From Eledone cirrhosa (taxonomy: Eukaryota), in contig OZ024740.1 of the NCBI GenBank assembly GCA_964016885.1, forward strand, positions 331,514,001 to 331,578,000: a stretch of DNA of 64,000 nucleotides. Direction: 5' to 3'. Below are positions 1 to 11,799 of the stretch, one piece after another. A model generated the notes under the pieces. It was not told the DNA's origin, did no database searches, and worked only from the letters and a program-made list of their open reading frames with translations. A program made the position numbers and the translations under genes. Position 1 is the first letter of the stretch, and each line of letters opens with the position of its first letter.

Positions 1-1202
1 TTATTTAAATTAAATTAAATACATTACTCTTTTAAAATCAGTAAGTAGATATTATTAATTCATGTGAACGTTTTTTCAGAATTCAGAATTTTGCTAGCAT
101 ATGTTAACAATGTTTAAATTATAGCCCCAACACTTCGGGGGTTGTATATCTATATTGGCAGCAAAAGATATAAGGATAAGGTTTCTGATTCTGCATATAT
201 CACAGACATAGTTTATTGATGTCACTTGAAGTTAATATTAATATTTCTATCAGAAATAGGTATTTTCCGGATCTCATATCTCTGTGGGCCTTATGTCTAT
301 ATTTATTTGCTTCTCCACACTAATTATTTCGACATTGATTTTTAATTTATATCCATAAGGTCTTAGCACATTATCTCCTATGTAATCTATTATTTTAAAC
401 TTTGTAACCAAAGGCAACAAGTAACTGGTAAACGAAATTTAAGCAAATTATTAAAGCTTATCTATAAATAGTTTTCTGAAAAATAAATTCTCTCAAACCA
501 TATCAAACATCATGTTTTTCTGATCTTTTAAGTGCGGTTTTAGTATTCGTGAAAGGAATATTCTCTCGTTCTTCGTACAGCAAATTATCAACATTCTAAT
601 GGCTGGAAAATGAAACTGCAGCTATTTAACACATAGCTCTGAGAATGGCTTTTTATAAGGAGCGCTTTATCGAGATACCAAAGAGCATTGTTTTACGATA
701 CGTCCTCAAAGTAAAGACTTTGCTTCTGTCTGGTTTTCAATGCAGCCAATTAGGATGTAGCGGGTTTAGATGGAACCCATGACGCCTAAACCGTACGAAA
801 TAAGTGACATTGTCACTATTTAAAACAATAGCGTATGGTCTTCAAAATGCTTTTAGTTAAGGAAACAGTGTATTGCAAAATACACTATATATACATTCAT
901 ATATATATCGCTATTTCAGAGCATCAATTCTAATTTTCAATGTCTGCTGAACCGGCGACCGCTCTGTATAATCAGTTCTTATTATTACTGGAATTCTATA
1001 TGAATCCAACACACATAATTTTCAGCAAACAGGAGGAGTAGTGAACTTTGATAAGTACCAAAAAGTATGAAACAGAACTCTGTCAGTTTATCTCCCCCTG
1101 TTTGCTTAAAATTTAAATAAGTGACATTGTCACTATTTAAAACAATAGCGTATGACCTTCAAATGCTTTTAATTAAGCATACGGTGTATTGCAAAATACA
1201 CT

Positions 1203-1314
<112 letters not shown>

Positions 1315-2971
1315 CAAATTTAAATAATTTGGAAAACCTTTATCAAATTTGTTAAGTTAAGATTATTTTATCTTAGCACTCTGGATTTTATTTCTAATAC
1401 ATTGTAAGGTTTTCAAAATTATTAATTTTGTTATTTTCTATTCACCAATGCTTCACGCAAACTACAACACACTCTGATATATATATATATAGAATTAATA
1501 TATGAGGAACAAATAATCAGTGTTGCATCATATACATATTTGTTTCATATTACATATGTTTTAGTGTCGATCAGCTCGAAGAACGATGTATTAATGAGCG
1601 AAACTGACTCTGGAATCGGAAGCTCCTCAGATATGTAATATGTAATAAATATGTATATGATGCAACAATGATTCTTTGTTCCTTATATATTGATACTATT
1701 GATACTCTGCTCCCCAAGAGCATCGAGTATGCAGACGGCATACCGCCTACGGGCGTAATTAACTTGCACCTTAACACACACTTATATATGAGTGTGTGTG
1801 TTTATGCACGCGCGTGTGTGCACGTGTGAGTACGTGTATGTATGCATGTATGTGTTACTGTTCGTGTGCGCATAAACTATATTACTCTTTGTTCTATTTA
1901 ACGTTTTATTTTCTTTCAGGTATTCGTATCTCTCAGGTTTAATTATAAAATAGTCGAAAAACCCTCGGATATACATACAAAACTTGAACGAAATTGATGT
2001 TGGTGAGCAGGAATCACACTCCTCTGTTTCCAAATGCTCGACCAGGACGTAGTTAAACTAATGTTGTTGCAGCATAAGATAAGCCAATGCACTTTTAATT
2101 TTCAATGGTGCTCAAGTCTTCATAAAACGATTGTTTCTTGTTTACATCTCTTAACTGAAATATATATTTTACAGCTGATGAAAATTCCCCAATGTTGTTT
2201 TGGTGCAACAGCAACGCTGGCGTCCTGCATGTAACAAATTCGAGAGAGATTGCCTCAGCCGCTTTTATCAACTTTCTTCAGTTTCTATGGACTGATATGT
2301 TAATGTAATTTGTTCCACTACTCTATAGTTTAACACGGTTTTCAATTATTCCCCACACTTTCAATACGAAGGGTTTTGGGTATATATACATATGTGTGTG
2401 AATTGGGAGTATCGGTAGAGGGTCGGATATGTTTTCCAGCATAGTTAAGTCCATTCTATTTCTAGTAGATATAAAATGCTCGTATCTATTCATTGGAATC
2501 TTTGAGCTTATTCTGCAGTGGATATGGCGCATGTCTCTCAGACATGACACCCTTAATTTAATTTTGTATATATATACGGCCCCTTAATTGTAGAGTTAAC
2601 TCAGTTGAATGGACTCGGCTGCTATTTCTAGCTGTCGATAATCCTATTCACGCCACTGGGATGACGCTGTGCGATGTGTGTAATCTTTTTTAAATGCAAC
2701 GCGTGGTACGAGTCATTCACAGATTTGCATTTGCTGTGTAAACACAGATAGTTGGATCTTCTCCTTTGGTGATCCAACGGGATTTGACTACTGTGATATA
2801 CCGATTAATTGGTGAACTATATTTTTTATTGAAAGAAATATATACAAAGGTGATTAATCATTTGAAAAGATATCTATATTTGAAGTTCTAGTTAAACTTT
2901 AATTAGTTACCTACCTACCTGTGTGTGCTTAAACACTTCACAAATTATTCCCTGTGATGGTTCATTTGTTT

Positions 2972-3011
<40 letters not shown>

Positions 3012-3153
3012 AGTTTGTATAATTTTGTACATAGATCTTTTGAATATGCATGCCAATTCTAACACATATATGTCCTAGAAACGATCGTTAAATAATGAAC
3101 TTTTTTTGTTTAATATAAGGAACTGTTTCATTGTTTTATTCATTATTTTTTTA

Positions 3154-3184
<31 letters not shown>

Positions 3185-3412
3185 GTCAATCTATTTCTAG
3201 TTGATATAAAATGCTCGGATCTATTCATTGGAATATTTGAGCTTATTCTACAGTGGATATGGTGCATGTCGCTCAGACATGACACCCTTAATTTAATTTT
3301 GAATATATATATACACGGGTGTGTATGATTGTGTATAGCAGATTATATTAGTAAAAGGAATTCCAACTTTGTCTGATTTACTCGTTTTATTTACAATCCT
3401 CTAAAATTATAA

Positions 3413-3592
3413 TTTATTCTACCTTTGGCCAAAGGCCAGCAATTATCCCAGTGCATTACTGGTACTTTATTTTATCGACCCCGTAAGGATGAAAGGCAAA
3501 GTTAACCTCGGCGGGATTTGAACTCAGTCTGTAAAGGGACGTAACTGTGCTGCAAAGCATAGCGTCCGACCCTCTACCAATACTGCCAATCC
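3413..3592 (-). mobile_element. tRNA-derived SINE (family S1)
   Basis: Minus strand reads GGATTGGCAGTATTGGTAGAGG (A-box-like) ... GAGTTCAAATCCCGCCG (B-box) ... GCCTTTCATCCTTACGGGGTCGATAAAATAAAGTACCAG. Many dispersed copies in the window. Confidence 0.85.
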
Positions 3593-3723
3593 TTTAAAAT
3601 GATAATGATATTATAATGAAATAGTATGGTAGAATAGTAAATGTTAAATGTTAATTGAACAAGCACTTTCATGCTTTCGCAATCTTCAGGTTCATATTCA
3701 GTGGTGACAGTCAAGTTTGCAAT

Positions 3724-3726
<3 letters not shown>

Positions 3727-3801
<75 letters not shown>
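3727..3801 (+). repeat. (TAA)n microsatellite at the 5' junction of R4 copy A1
   Basis: Read directly. Confidence 0.95.
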
Positions 3802-3803
<2 letters not shown>

Positions 3804-6286
3804 CAGAACCGCATGTTCGACAACAACCAGAAGATACTGTTTGGACAGCTTGAGGGGAAAGAAAGAGGCAACGACTTGATCCCTGGGGCGGAGCAAACTA
3901 AAACATTCTGGAGAGGAATATGGGAGCAGGATGTTAGACACAATGCCCAGGCAGGGTGGATTGAGACAGTACAGAGGGAGATCGGTGAGCAGGCACAACA
4001 ACAAACTGAGTTGAGTATCACAGTTGAAACTCTTAAGGGGCAGGCCAAAAAACTAACCAACTGGAAATTACCAGGCCCAGATGGTGTGCAGGGGTATTGG
4101 ATTAAACATTTAACATCCCTCCACCCGAAGCTGACGGCCATGTTCAATGACTGCTTGGTGTCGGGTGAGGTGCCAGAGTGGTTGACAAAAGGTACCACAG
4201 TTCTGATAATGAAAGACCGAATCAAGGGTAATGATGTTACCAACTATAGACCTATCACATGTCTGTCCGTAATGTGGAAACTGTTGACGAGCATTGTGTC
4301 TGAGGAAATCTACCATCACCTCCACACAAACAACTTGTTACCGGACGAACAGAAAGGATGCCGAAAGAAGTGACGTGGTACAAAGGACCAGTTACTTATT
4401 GATAAGATGGTAATGGGGAATTGCAGGAGGAGACACACTGATCTTGCCATCGGATGGATAGACTACAGAAAGGCATTTGACATGGTGCCCCATTCCTGGA
4501 TCACCAAAAGCCTGGAGATCTTCAAGGTGGCAGATAACATCAGACAGTTGCTAGGCAGGAGTATGGGGTCCTGGGAGACAGAGTTGACATCAACTGGAGT
4601 ATCCTTGGGAAGCGTGAAGATCAAGAGAGGTATCTTCCAGGGAGATAGCCTGTCCCCTCTGTTGTTTGTCCTTGCCCTGATGCCCTTGACCATTATGCTG
4701 CGAAAAGTGAGAGCAGGATACAAGTTGGGAAGGGGAGAGCTTACCATCAATCACCTCCTCTTCATGGACGATCTTAAGCTCTTCGGGAAAAGTGAGAAGG
4801 AGTTGGATGTGCTTGTTGACACTGTCCGTATTTTCAGCAGTGATATATGTATGCAGTTTGGTATTGGTAAATGTGGAGTCATTGTGATGAAGAGGGGTAG
4901 GTTGAGCAGAAGTAACGGGATCCAGATACCAACAGGTGAGATGATAAAGGAAATTGACTCTGAGGAAGGATACAAGTATTTGGGCGTTCTGGAGGCTGAT
5001 GGCATAAAGAACAAAAAAATGAAGGAATTGTTAAGAACTGAATACATTCGGAGAGTAAGGAGCGTATTGAAGTCACATCTGAACAGCAGAAATGCCATAA
5101 GCGCAGTAAATTCCCGAGCTGTGTCTATTATTAGGTACAGTGCGGGAATTCTGAGATGGAATGTTGCTGAACAAAAAGAAATGGATAGGAAGACTAGGAA
5201 GCTATTGACTATCTACAACATGTTCCACAAGAGGAGTGATGTCGATAGACTCTACCTAAAGAGATCTGAGGGTGGAAGAGGTCTTATCAGCATAGAGGAC
5301 TGTGTTCAGATGGAGAAAAACAACCTATACAAATACGTGACCTATAGTAAGGAGCCAATGCTCAGAGCTGTACTGAAGGAGGGGACAGTAGGCCAGGGGA
5401 TGTCCAAGGAGGAAATAACATCAAGGAGGAAGAGCAGCCTTAAGGGAAAATCCCTTCATAGTACCTTCTTTGAGAAAACTGAATTTAGAGATCCACAGAC
5501 ATGGAACTGGTTGAGAAGAGGAGACCTCAAAAAGGCTACAGAAGGAATGCTAATGGCTGCGCAGGAGCAGGCCCTCAAAACGAAGTAGTTGAAGCACCAT
5601 ATCTACAAGGAGGAGGCTAGCCCACTGTGCAGGATCTGTGGGGAGAGAGAGGAGACTGTGGCTCACATTGTGTCCGAGTGTAAACACCTAGCCCAGACCC
5701 ACTATAAGGGCTGGAGACACGATGTGATGGGCAGGGTGATCCACTGGCACCTGTGCAAAGTAAACAATTTACCACATTCTGAGAAATGGTATGAGCATAG
5801 GTCAGAGGCGGTGATGGAGAACAATCAGGTGAAGGTGCTGTGGGATTTTAGGATACAGACGGACAAAAAACTGGAACACAATAGACCTGACCTGGTGGTT
5901 GTGGACAAAGAAAAAAGATCGTGTCTGATTGTGGATGTGGCCTGCCCGTTCGACACGAGAGTGCAAGAGAAGGAGAGGGAGAAAATTAACCGATACCAGG
6001 ACCTAAAGTGGGAGGTGAAAAGGATCTGGAACTGCCATGAAGTCAAAGTGATCCCGATTGTCATAGGCGCACTGGCGACTATCTCCAAAAGTTTCCAGGG
6101 ATGGTTAAAAAAAATCGGCCCCTTCACGCTTTTTGGAACGCTTCAAAAGGCATGCTTGCTTGGAACAGCAAGAACCCTCCGATACGTCCTGAATATCTGA
6201 GGCTGCAGGTAGTGGCTTGATATTCAATCCAACGGACTTTCCAGTTAACCAACATCAATGACTGAGATTCAAGGAATAACAACAAC

Positions 6287-6378
<92 letters not shown>
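3802..6378 (+). mobile_element. R4/Dong-like RLE non-LTR retrotransposon, family A copy 1 (5'-truncated, inactive)
   Basis: One reading frame broken by TGA 4371-4373 and TAG 5586-5588 (TCA and TGG in copy A3). RT motifs PGPDG, YRPITCL, IFQGDSLSPLLF, LFMDDLKL; CCHC knuckle CRICGE-ETVAHIVSEC; RLE motif RHD...RPDLVVVD...IVDVACP...KINRY. Short 3' UTR, then (TAA)n tail 6288-6378. Confidence 0.92.
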
Positions 6379-7335
6379 GGGAAGAAGACGCACGAGGTGG
6401 CGGAAGGTCATGAAATCGCTCCCGTAAGTTTTGAATTTTTAACATATTTAAATCATTTGTGAAATAACAACTCTTAGTACAAATGCTACGTAAAGCATCC
6501 GGCTTGAGCCCCAAAAAATTCGGACCCAAAATATATTGTTATAAGGCTCAAATATTCAAATATTCAACTTTGTATTGTACATTGTATATTCAAAAAAGAA
6601 AATGGCTATAAATGGAAGAAGAACCCCCCCCCCTCCTCTGTCTACGCTATATAGAACAGCCAAACAACACCAATCTCACCAACACCAGAAACTAGATACA
6701 ACACCTACCCCATCACCTCTCTGAGTACACTAAACACAACAGCCAGATAACGGCAATTTCACCACCACCACTCATTACTGCCATCATTATCACCACTATC
6801 CCATCACCAGCGCCACCACTCCTTCATTGCTACCACCGCTACAACACCATCACTACAGTAATACGATCACATCACCACCACCACTGCCTCGGTATCGACA
6901 TCACCACCACCACTGTCTCAGTATCGATACCACCGCTACTGTCTCCCACATCTCCCCGCCGCCACCACTCCTTCAATGCTACCACCACAATTCCCTGTTA
7001 ACTTGAGAGAGAAAGGGGAAGGTGGCGGTATCACTAGACAAGGGAGAGGCTAGCAAAAGATATAAATAGATTGACTTAGTGACCTGGCCACGGCCAAGCG
7101 TCAACATCAACAACTATGGGACTGCTGGCTCACCCCTTCCTCATCAACAATATAAAAAGCCCCGGCACCACCACCGACATAGCCAACAACAATAACAGCC
7201 AACTACAACAAAATGTATATTATATTATTGTAATGCACTGGGTGATTGCTGGCCTTGTGCCTGGAGTGGAGACATTTATTAATAATTTCATTCTTAAGCC
7301 ACGCAATGCTCACATTAAGGAACCACTCATGATAA
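6379..7335 (+). repeat. ~0.95 kb repeated unit U, copy 1 (AT-rich then ACC-rich; contains an S1 SINE 3' fragment at 7230-7285)
   Basis: Colinear similarity to 10461-11165 and 63082-64000, e.g. TGAAATCGCTCCCGTAAGTTTT and AAGGTGGCGGTATCACTAGACAA. Confidence 0.85.
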
Positions 7336-7365
7336 TAACAATTTAAAAACACAACAAAAAGAAAA

Positions 7366-10300
7366 CCCCGTGACCAAGAAATACCGGGATGGCGGCCGGC
7401 GGGGAATAGCCGTGTCTCTAGGGGAGAACGACCCCTCTAGTCTTGGTTGACACTCGTTCTAGAAGTGGTAACACGAAATGATTACCCCTTGGCGGATAAG
7501 AATAAAACGCGACAAAATAAAGTAAATGTCTAATGATAAAATCTCATACCGGATCGGCCGTCACCCGGGTAAAAAAGGGCCGCCTCCCTCAGAGAGGAAC
7601 CAGACTGGGGTCGAAAAATCAGCTAATGGCTCAAACCTTCCCATCACTTCGGAGCTGGAGACCTCCCATAACCGGAATACTCCTACTGTTGGCCATCCAT
7701 GCTCACCACCAAGAAATCCAAAGAAAAAGAGAGAAAAATGGTCAAGGGAAGATAATAAAGAAGTCCTTGAGGCTTTCTACAGTGCCATGTACTACCCATC
7801 AAATACATCGAATACAGAACAGACATATATCAACTGGAAAAAGAAACATCCCGAAAACAGAGGCTATATTGATAGTAACAAACTAGCCAATATACGAAGA
7901 AATATTGTAAGAAAAAAGTTACTAACTGATATAGAAATTGATCAGATCAAGCTATTAGCACAAAGTCGGCGAAGGGAAAATGAAACATGTGTCAGTGAAA
8001 ACGAGATAAACTGTAACACTTCGAATCCCAGGGTTGGGGCGGAATCACTGGCATCAGAACAAATTAAAGAAAGGATCGAAAAAGTGGAGGGAGTGCATGC
8101 TCAGGATGAAACTCCAAATGAAAATAATGAGATCGTAAATGATAAAGAAATGAATGAGAAAGAACTTGCTAAGGAGCCAGAAAAGATACCTTCATGGCTA
8201 GTTAACGGCATTACATTCCTGTTTGCGAAGAATGATGAGACAAACAATCCAAAAAATTACAGACCGATAACTTGCTTGACCACAATGTATAAAATTTTAA
8301 CATCAGTCCTAACTGAATACACATATGACCACCTGATAACAAATGACCTATTCCCCATTGAGCAGAAAGGGTGTAAACGAGGCTCATATGGCTGTAAGGA
8401 TCAGCTTCTGGTTAACAAAATGATACTGGAAGATTGTCATAATAGACACAAAAATCTATCGATTGCTTGGATAGATTATAAAAAAGCATTTGATAGTTTG
8501 CCACACAGTTGGATTGAAAAATGTTTAGAGATTTTCAAAGTATCCCCCGTTGTCAGGAGGTTTTTGTCATTCAGTATGAAGACATGGAAAACGACACTCC
8601 TTTTGAATAGTGAAACAAAATCACTGGAAGCTGGAGAAGTTAATATTAATTGTGGAATTTTTCAGGGTGACTCTTTATCACCGCTTTTATTCTGCATCGC
8701 ACTTATACCATTAAGTAAAATGCTCAATGAAACAAAACATGTATATAAAGTCTATGACAAAATCATTAATCACCTGTTCTACATGGATGACCTGAAACTA
8801 TTTGCAAAAAATGATGAACAATTGCAAGGGCTATTATCCACTGTGATGACATTAAAATGGAGTTTGGACTAGATAAATGCGCCAAAGCAACGTTCACCAG
8901 AGGAAAGCTGCTGAAGAGTTCAGACATTAATATTGATCGGGGGAACGTGATAAGAGAACTTGATCAAGAAAAAACTTACAAATATCTAGGTGTCTATGAA
9001 GGAGACGGAATCAAGCACTCGACAATGAGGGAAAGGATAAGGAAGGAATGTTACCGCAGAGTAAGAGCAATCTTAAGAACGGAATTGAATGCAAGGAATA
9101 GGATCGATGCCATAAACACGCTTGCCATACTAGTAGTAACCTACAGTTACAATGTCATCAACAATGTCATCAACTGGTCGATACAAAAATTCGAAAATTC
9201 TTAACCATGCACAGAATGCATCACCCTAAGGCAGATATAGATAGAATATATCTCCCTAGGAAAGAAGGAGGACGTGGGTTAATCCAGTTAGACATTGCGT
9301 TGAAAACTGCAAGAATTGGATTATCTACATATCTAAGGGAATCACATGATTGGATGATCAAACTCGTTTTGAAACACGAAAGCATCAAAAGATCATATTC
9401 CATTACAAAAGATGCACAAAGATACAGTAACGGACTACAAATTTCAGAAGTCCCATTTACTGCTGAAATGGAAAACACAGAAAAAGCAAAGCAGGTAAAA
9501 GTAACTGCAAAGAAAGAACTGCTACAGATACTGGCTAAGAAATGGCAAGAAAAGCCTCTGTATGGAAAATACCCAGAGCGAGCTAACAATCCTGATGTTG
9601 ACAAAACTTTAACCCATCAGTGGTTGGCATCCTCTGAACTGAAATCGGAGACTGAAGGACTGATTATATCGGCACAAGATCAGTGTCTGCCAACAAAAAA
9701 TTACCAAGCCAACATAATAAAAAATGGGTGCAGCCCATTATGCCGTGTATGCAAAAAACAACCAGAGACCATTGACCACATAATTTCAATGTGCAGTCCT
9801 ATAGCTCCAACCGAATACCTAAACAGGCATGACAGAGCTGCACAATACATACATTGGATAATGTGTAAGCATTTTGACCTGCCCCATCAAAAGAATTGGT
9901 GGGAGCATCAACCACCTCCCCTACTTGAAAAAGATCACATCTCAATCTTGTGGAACTTTAGCATCCAAACAGACCGAAAAATAGATGCAAACAGACCTGA
10001 TATAATATTGAAAGACTTTCAAAAGAGGGTATGCCTGCTAATTGATATGTCTGTTCCAATAGACAAGAATGTATCTATAAAAACATTTGAAAAATTGAGC
10101 AAGTATAAGGACCTGGAGATAGAAATTGGAAAAATGTGGAAATTGAGAACTAAAACAATACCAGTGGTTGTAGGCGCTCTGGGAATGATACCTAAGGGGT
10201 CTAATGATTACATATCGCAAATCCCAGGAAACCCGCGTATAGGAGAAATACAAAAGATAGTACTAATGGGAACTGCCCATATACTAAGGAAGATTCTGTC

Positions 10301-10460
10301 AATATAAGTACATCACAAGTCTAAACAATAAAGATGCATGTGTGAATATGTATGTTCTTTCTTGAACATGGCGGACCTTGTTGTCTCTTGAGGTCACTGG
10401 TTGTGACTTGGTGATAACTCGTATGAACATAAAGCAAGATAAATGCAACTGTAATAATAA
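7366..10460 (+). mobile_element. R4/Dong-like RLE non-LTR retrotransposon, family B copy 1 (both ends present, internal deletion, frameshifts)
   Basis: ATG at 7526. ORF pieces 7526-8872, 8857-9204 and 9207-10307 carry YRPITCL, IFQGDSLSPLLF, FYMDDLKL, CRVCKK-ETIDHIISMC and RHD...RPDIILKD...LIDMSVP...KLSKY. The N-terminal region jumps directly to KEPEKIPSWL near 8170. Ends in TAATAATAA. Confidence 0.9.
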
Positions 10461-11165
10461 GGGAAGAAGACGCACATGGTGGATAGAAGGTCGTGAAATC
10501 GCTCCCGTAAGTTTTTGATTTTTAACATATTTAAATCAATTGTGAAATAATAATTCTTAGTACAAATGATACATAAAGCATCCGACTTAAGTCTCAGAAA
10601 AATTCAGATCCATAATATATTGTTTTACCGCTCAAATATTCAATTTTGTATTATACATTTTATATTAAAAAAAAGGAAATGGTTATAAATGGAAGAAAAC
10701 CCCCTCTGTCTACACTATATAAAACAGCCAAATAACAACAATTTCACCAACACCAGAAACTAGATACACCACCTACCCCATCACCCCTCTGTTCACACTA
10801 AATACAACAGACAGATAATGGCAATTTCACCACCACCACCACCGATCTCAGCATAATAATAATAATTACTATTACTATTGTCTCAAGTTTTAAAAAAATG
10901 TTTAATTCCAATATTAAAGGTATATAGCAACACATATACGCGACTAACCTCATAGATTCACCGATCAAACAAAAATACAGTCTATTCAACAAAACTCAGT
11001 AACGACGACGCCATCACTACAGTCACCGCCGCCACCACACATCCATCATTACTACCACTATCCCATCACCGCCGCCACCACTCCTTCATTGCTACCACCG
11101 GTATCCCCCCCCCCATTACCTTCTGTTAACTTACGAAAGGGGAAGGTGGCGGTATCACTAGACAA
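10461..11165 (+). repeat. Unit U copy 2
   Basis: Begins GGGAAGAAGACGCAC directly after a TAA tail, like copy 1 at 6379. Confidence 0.85.
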
Positions 11166-11799
11166 TATTAATAAACAAGATTAATATTTAATTTTGGATC
11201 AGGAATGTTAGAGTCGAAAAGGAGAAAAATAGCAAAATGATTAAATAGCTAAAGATAATTTCACCACCAACACCACCACCACTACCACGATGAAAACTCT
11301 CGTCAAGTCGACTCAACCGCTATTTCTACTCCAACTTCAACACCATCACTACAGTACTACGATCACATCACCACCACCACTGCCTCATTATCGCTACCGC
11401 CGCTATTTTCTCCCACTACCTCCTGCTAGTTGCTGCTAGCACAGCACCGCCACTCCCACCACCACCACTGCCTCATTATCACTACCGCCGCTATTCTCTC
11501 CCGCTACCCCCTGCTACATCGTAGTGTCCCCACTAAAAGAGGAAGGCATCAAAATATATAAATAGACTGAATTGATGACCCGGTCAAAATTAAGAAACCA
11601 AAAATCAAAATCAAAGCAGCACATCAACAACGAAAAACGTAAAGAAAAGAAAAATGAAGAGAAAAACAAACAGACGGACAGAGAAGGGAATGGAAAAACT
11701 AAGTCAGACATTCAAACATTACATTACAATGAAACTTATGCTTATTCATTTTGGGGTTTTTTTTTGCCTGTTTGTTTGTTTGTTTATTTATGTTTGTCT

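Noticed and set aside
561-640. Splice-acceptor-like site followed by QIINILMAG-ETAA, reminiscent of a cytochrome P450 I-helix
   Set aside because: Needs a frameshift, hits a stop immediately, and no other P450 exons were found.
7457-7480. Hammerhead in the R4-B leader (GTG-GTAA-CAC-GAAA)
   Set aside because: The upstream core reads TCTAGAA rather than CTGANGA, and there is no convincing stem III/NUH.
10308-10460. R4 elements as the partner LINE of SINE S1
   Set aside because: No 3' UTR similarity, and the tails have opposite polarity (TAA versus ATT).
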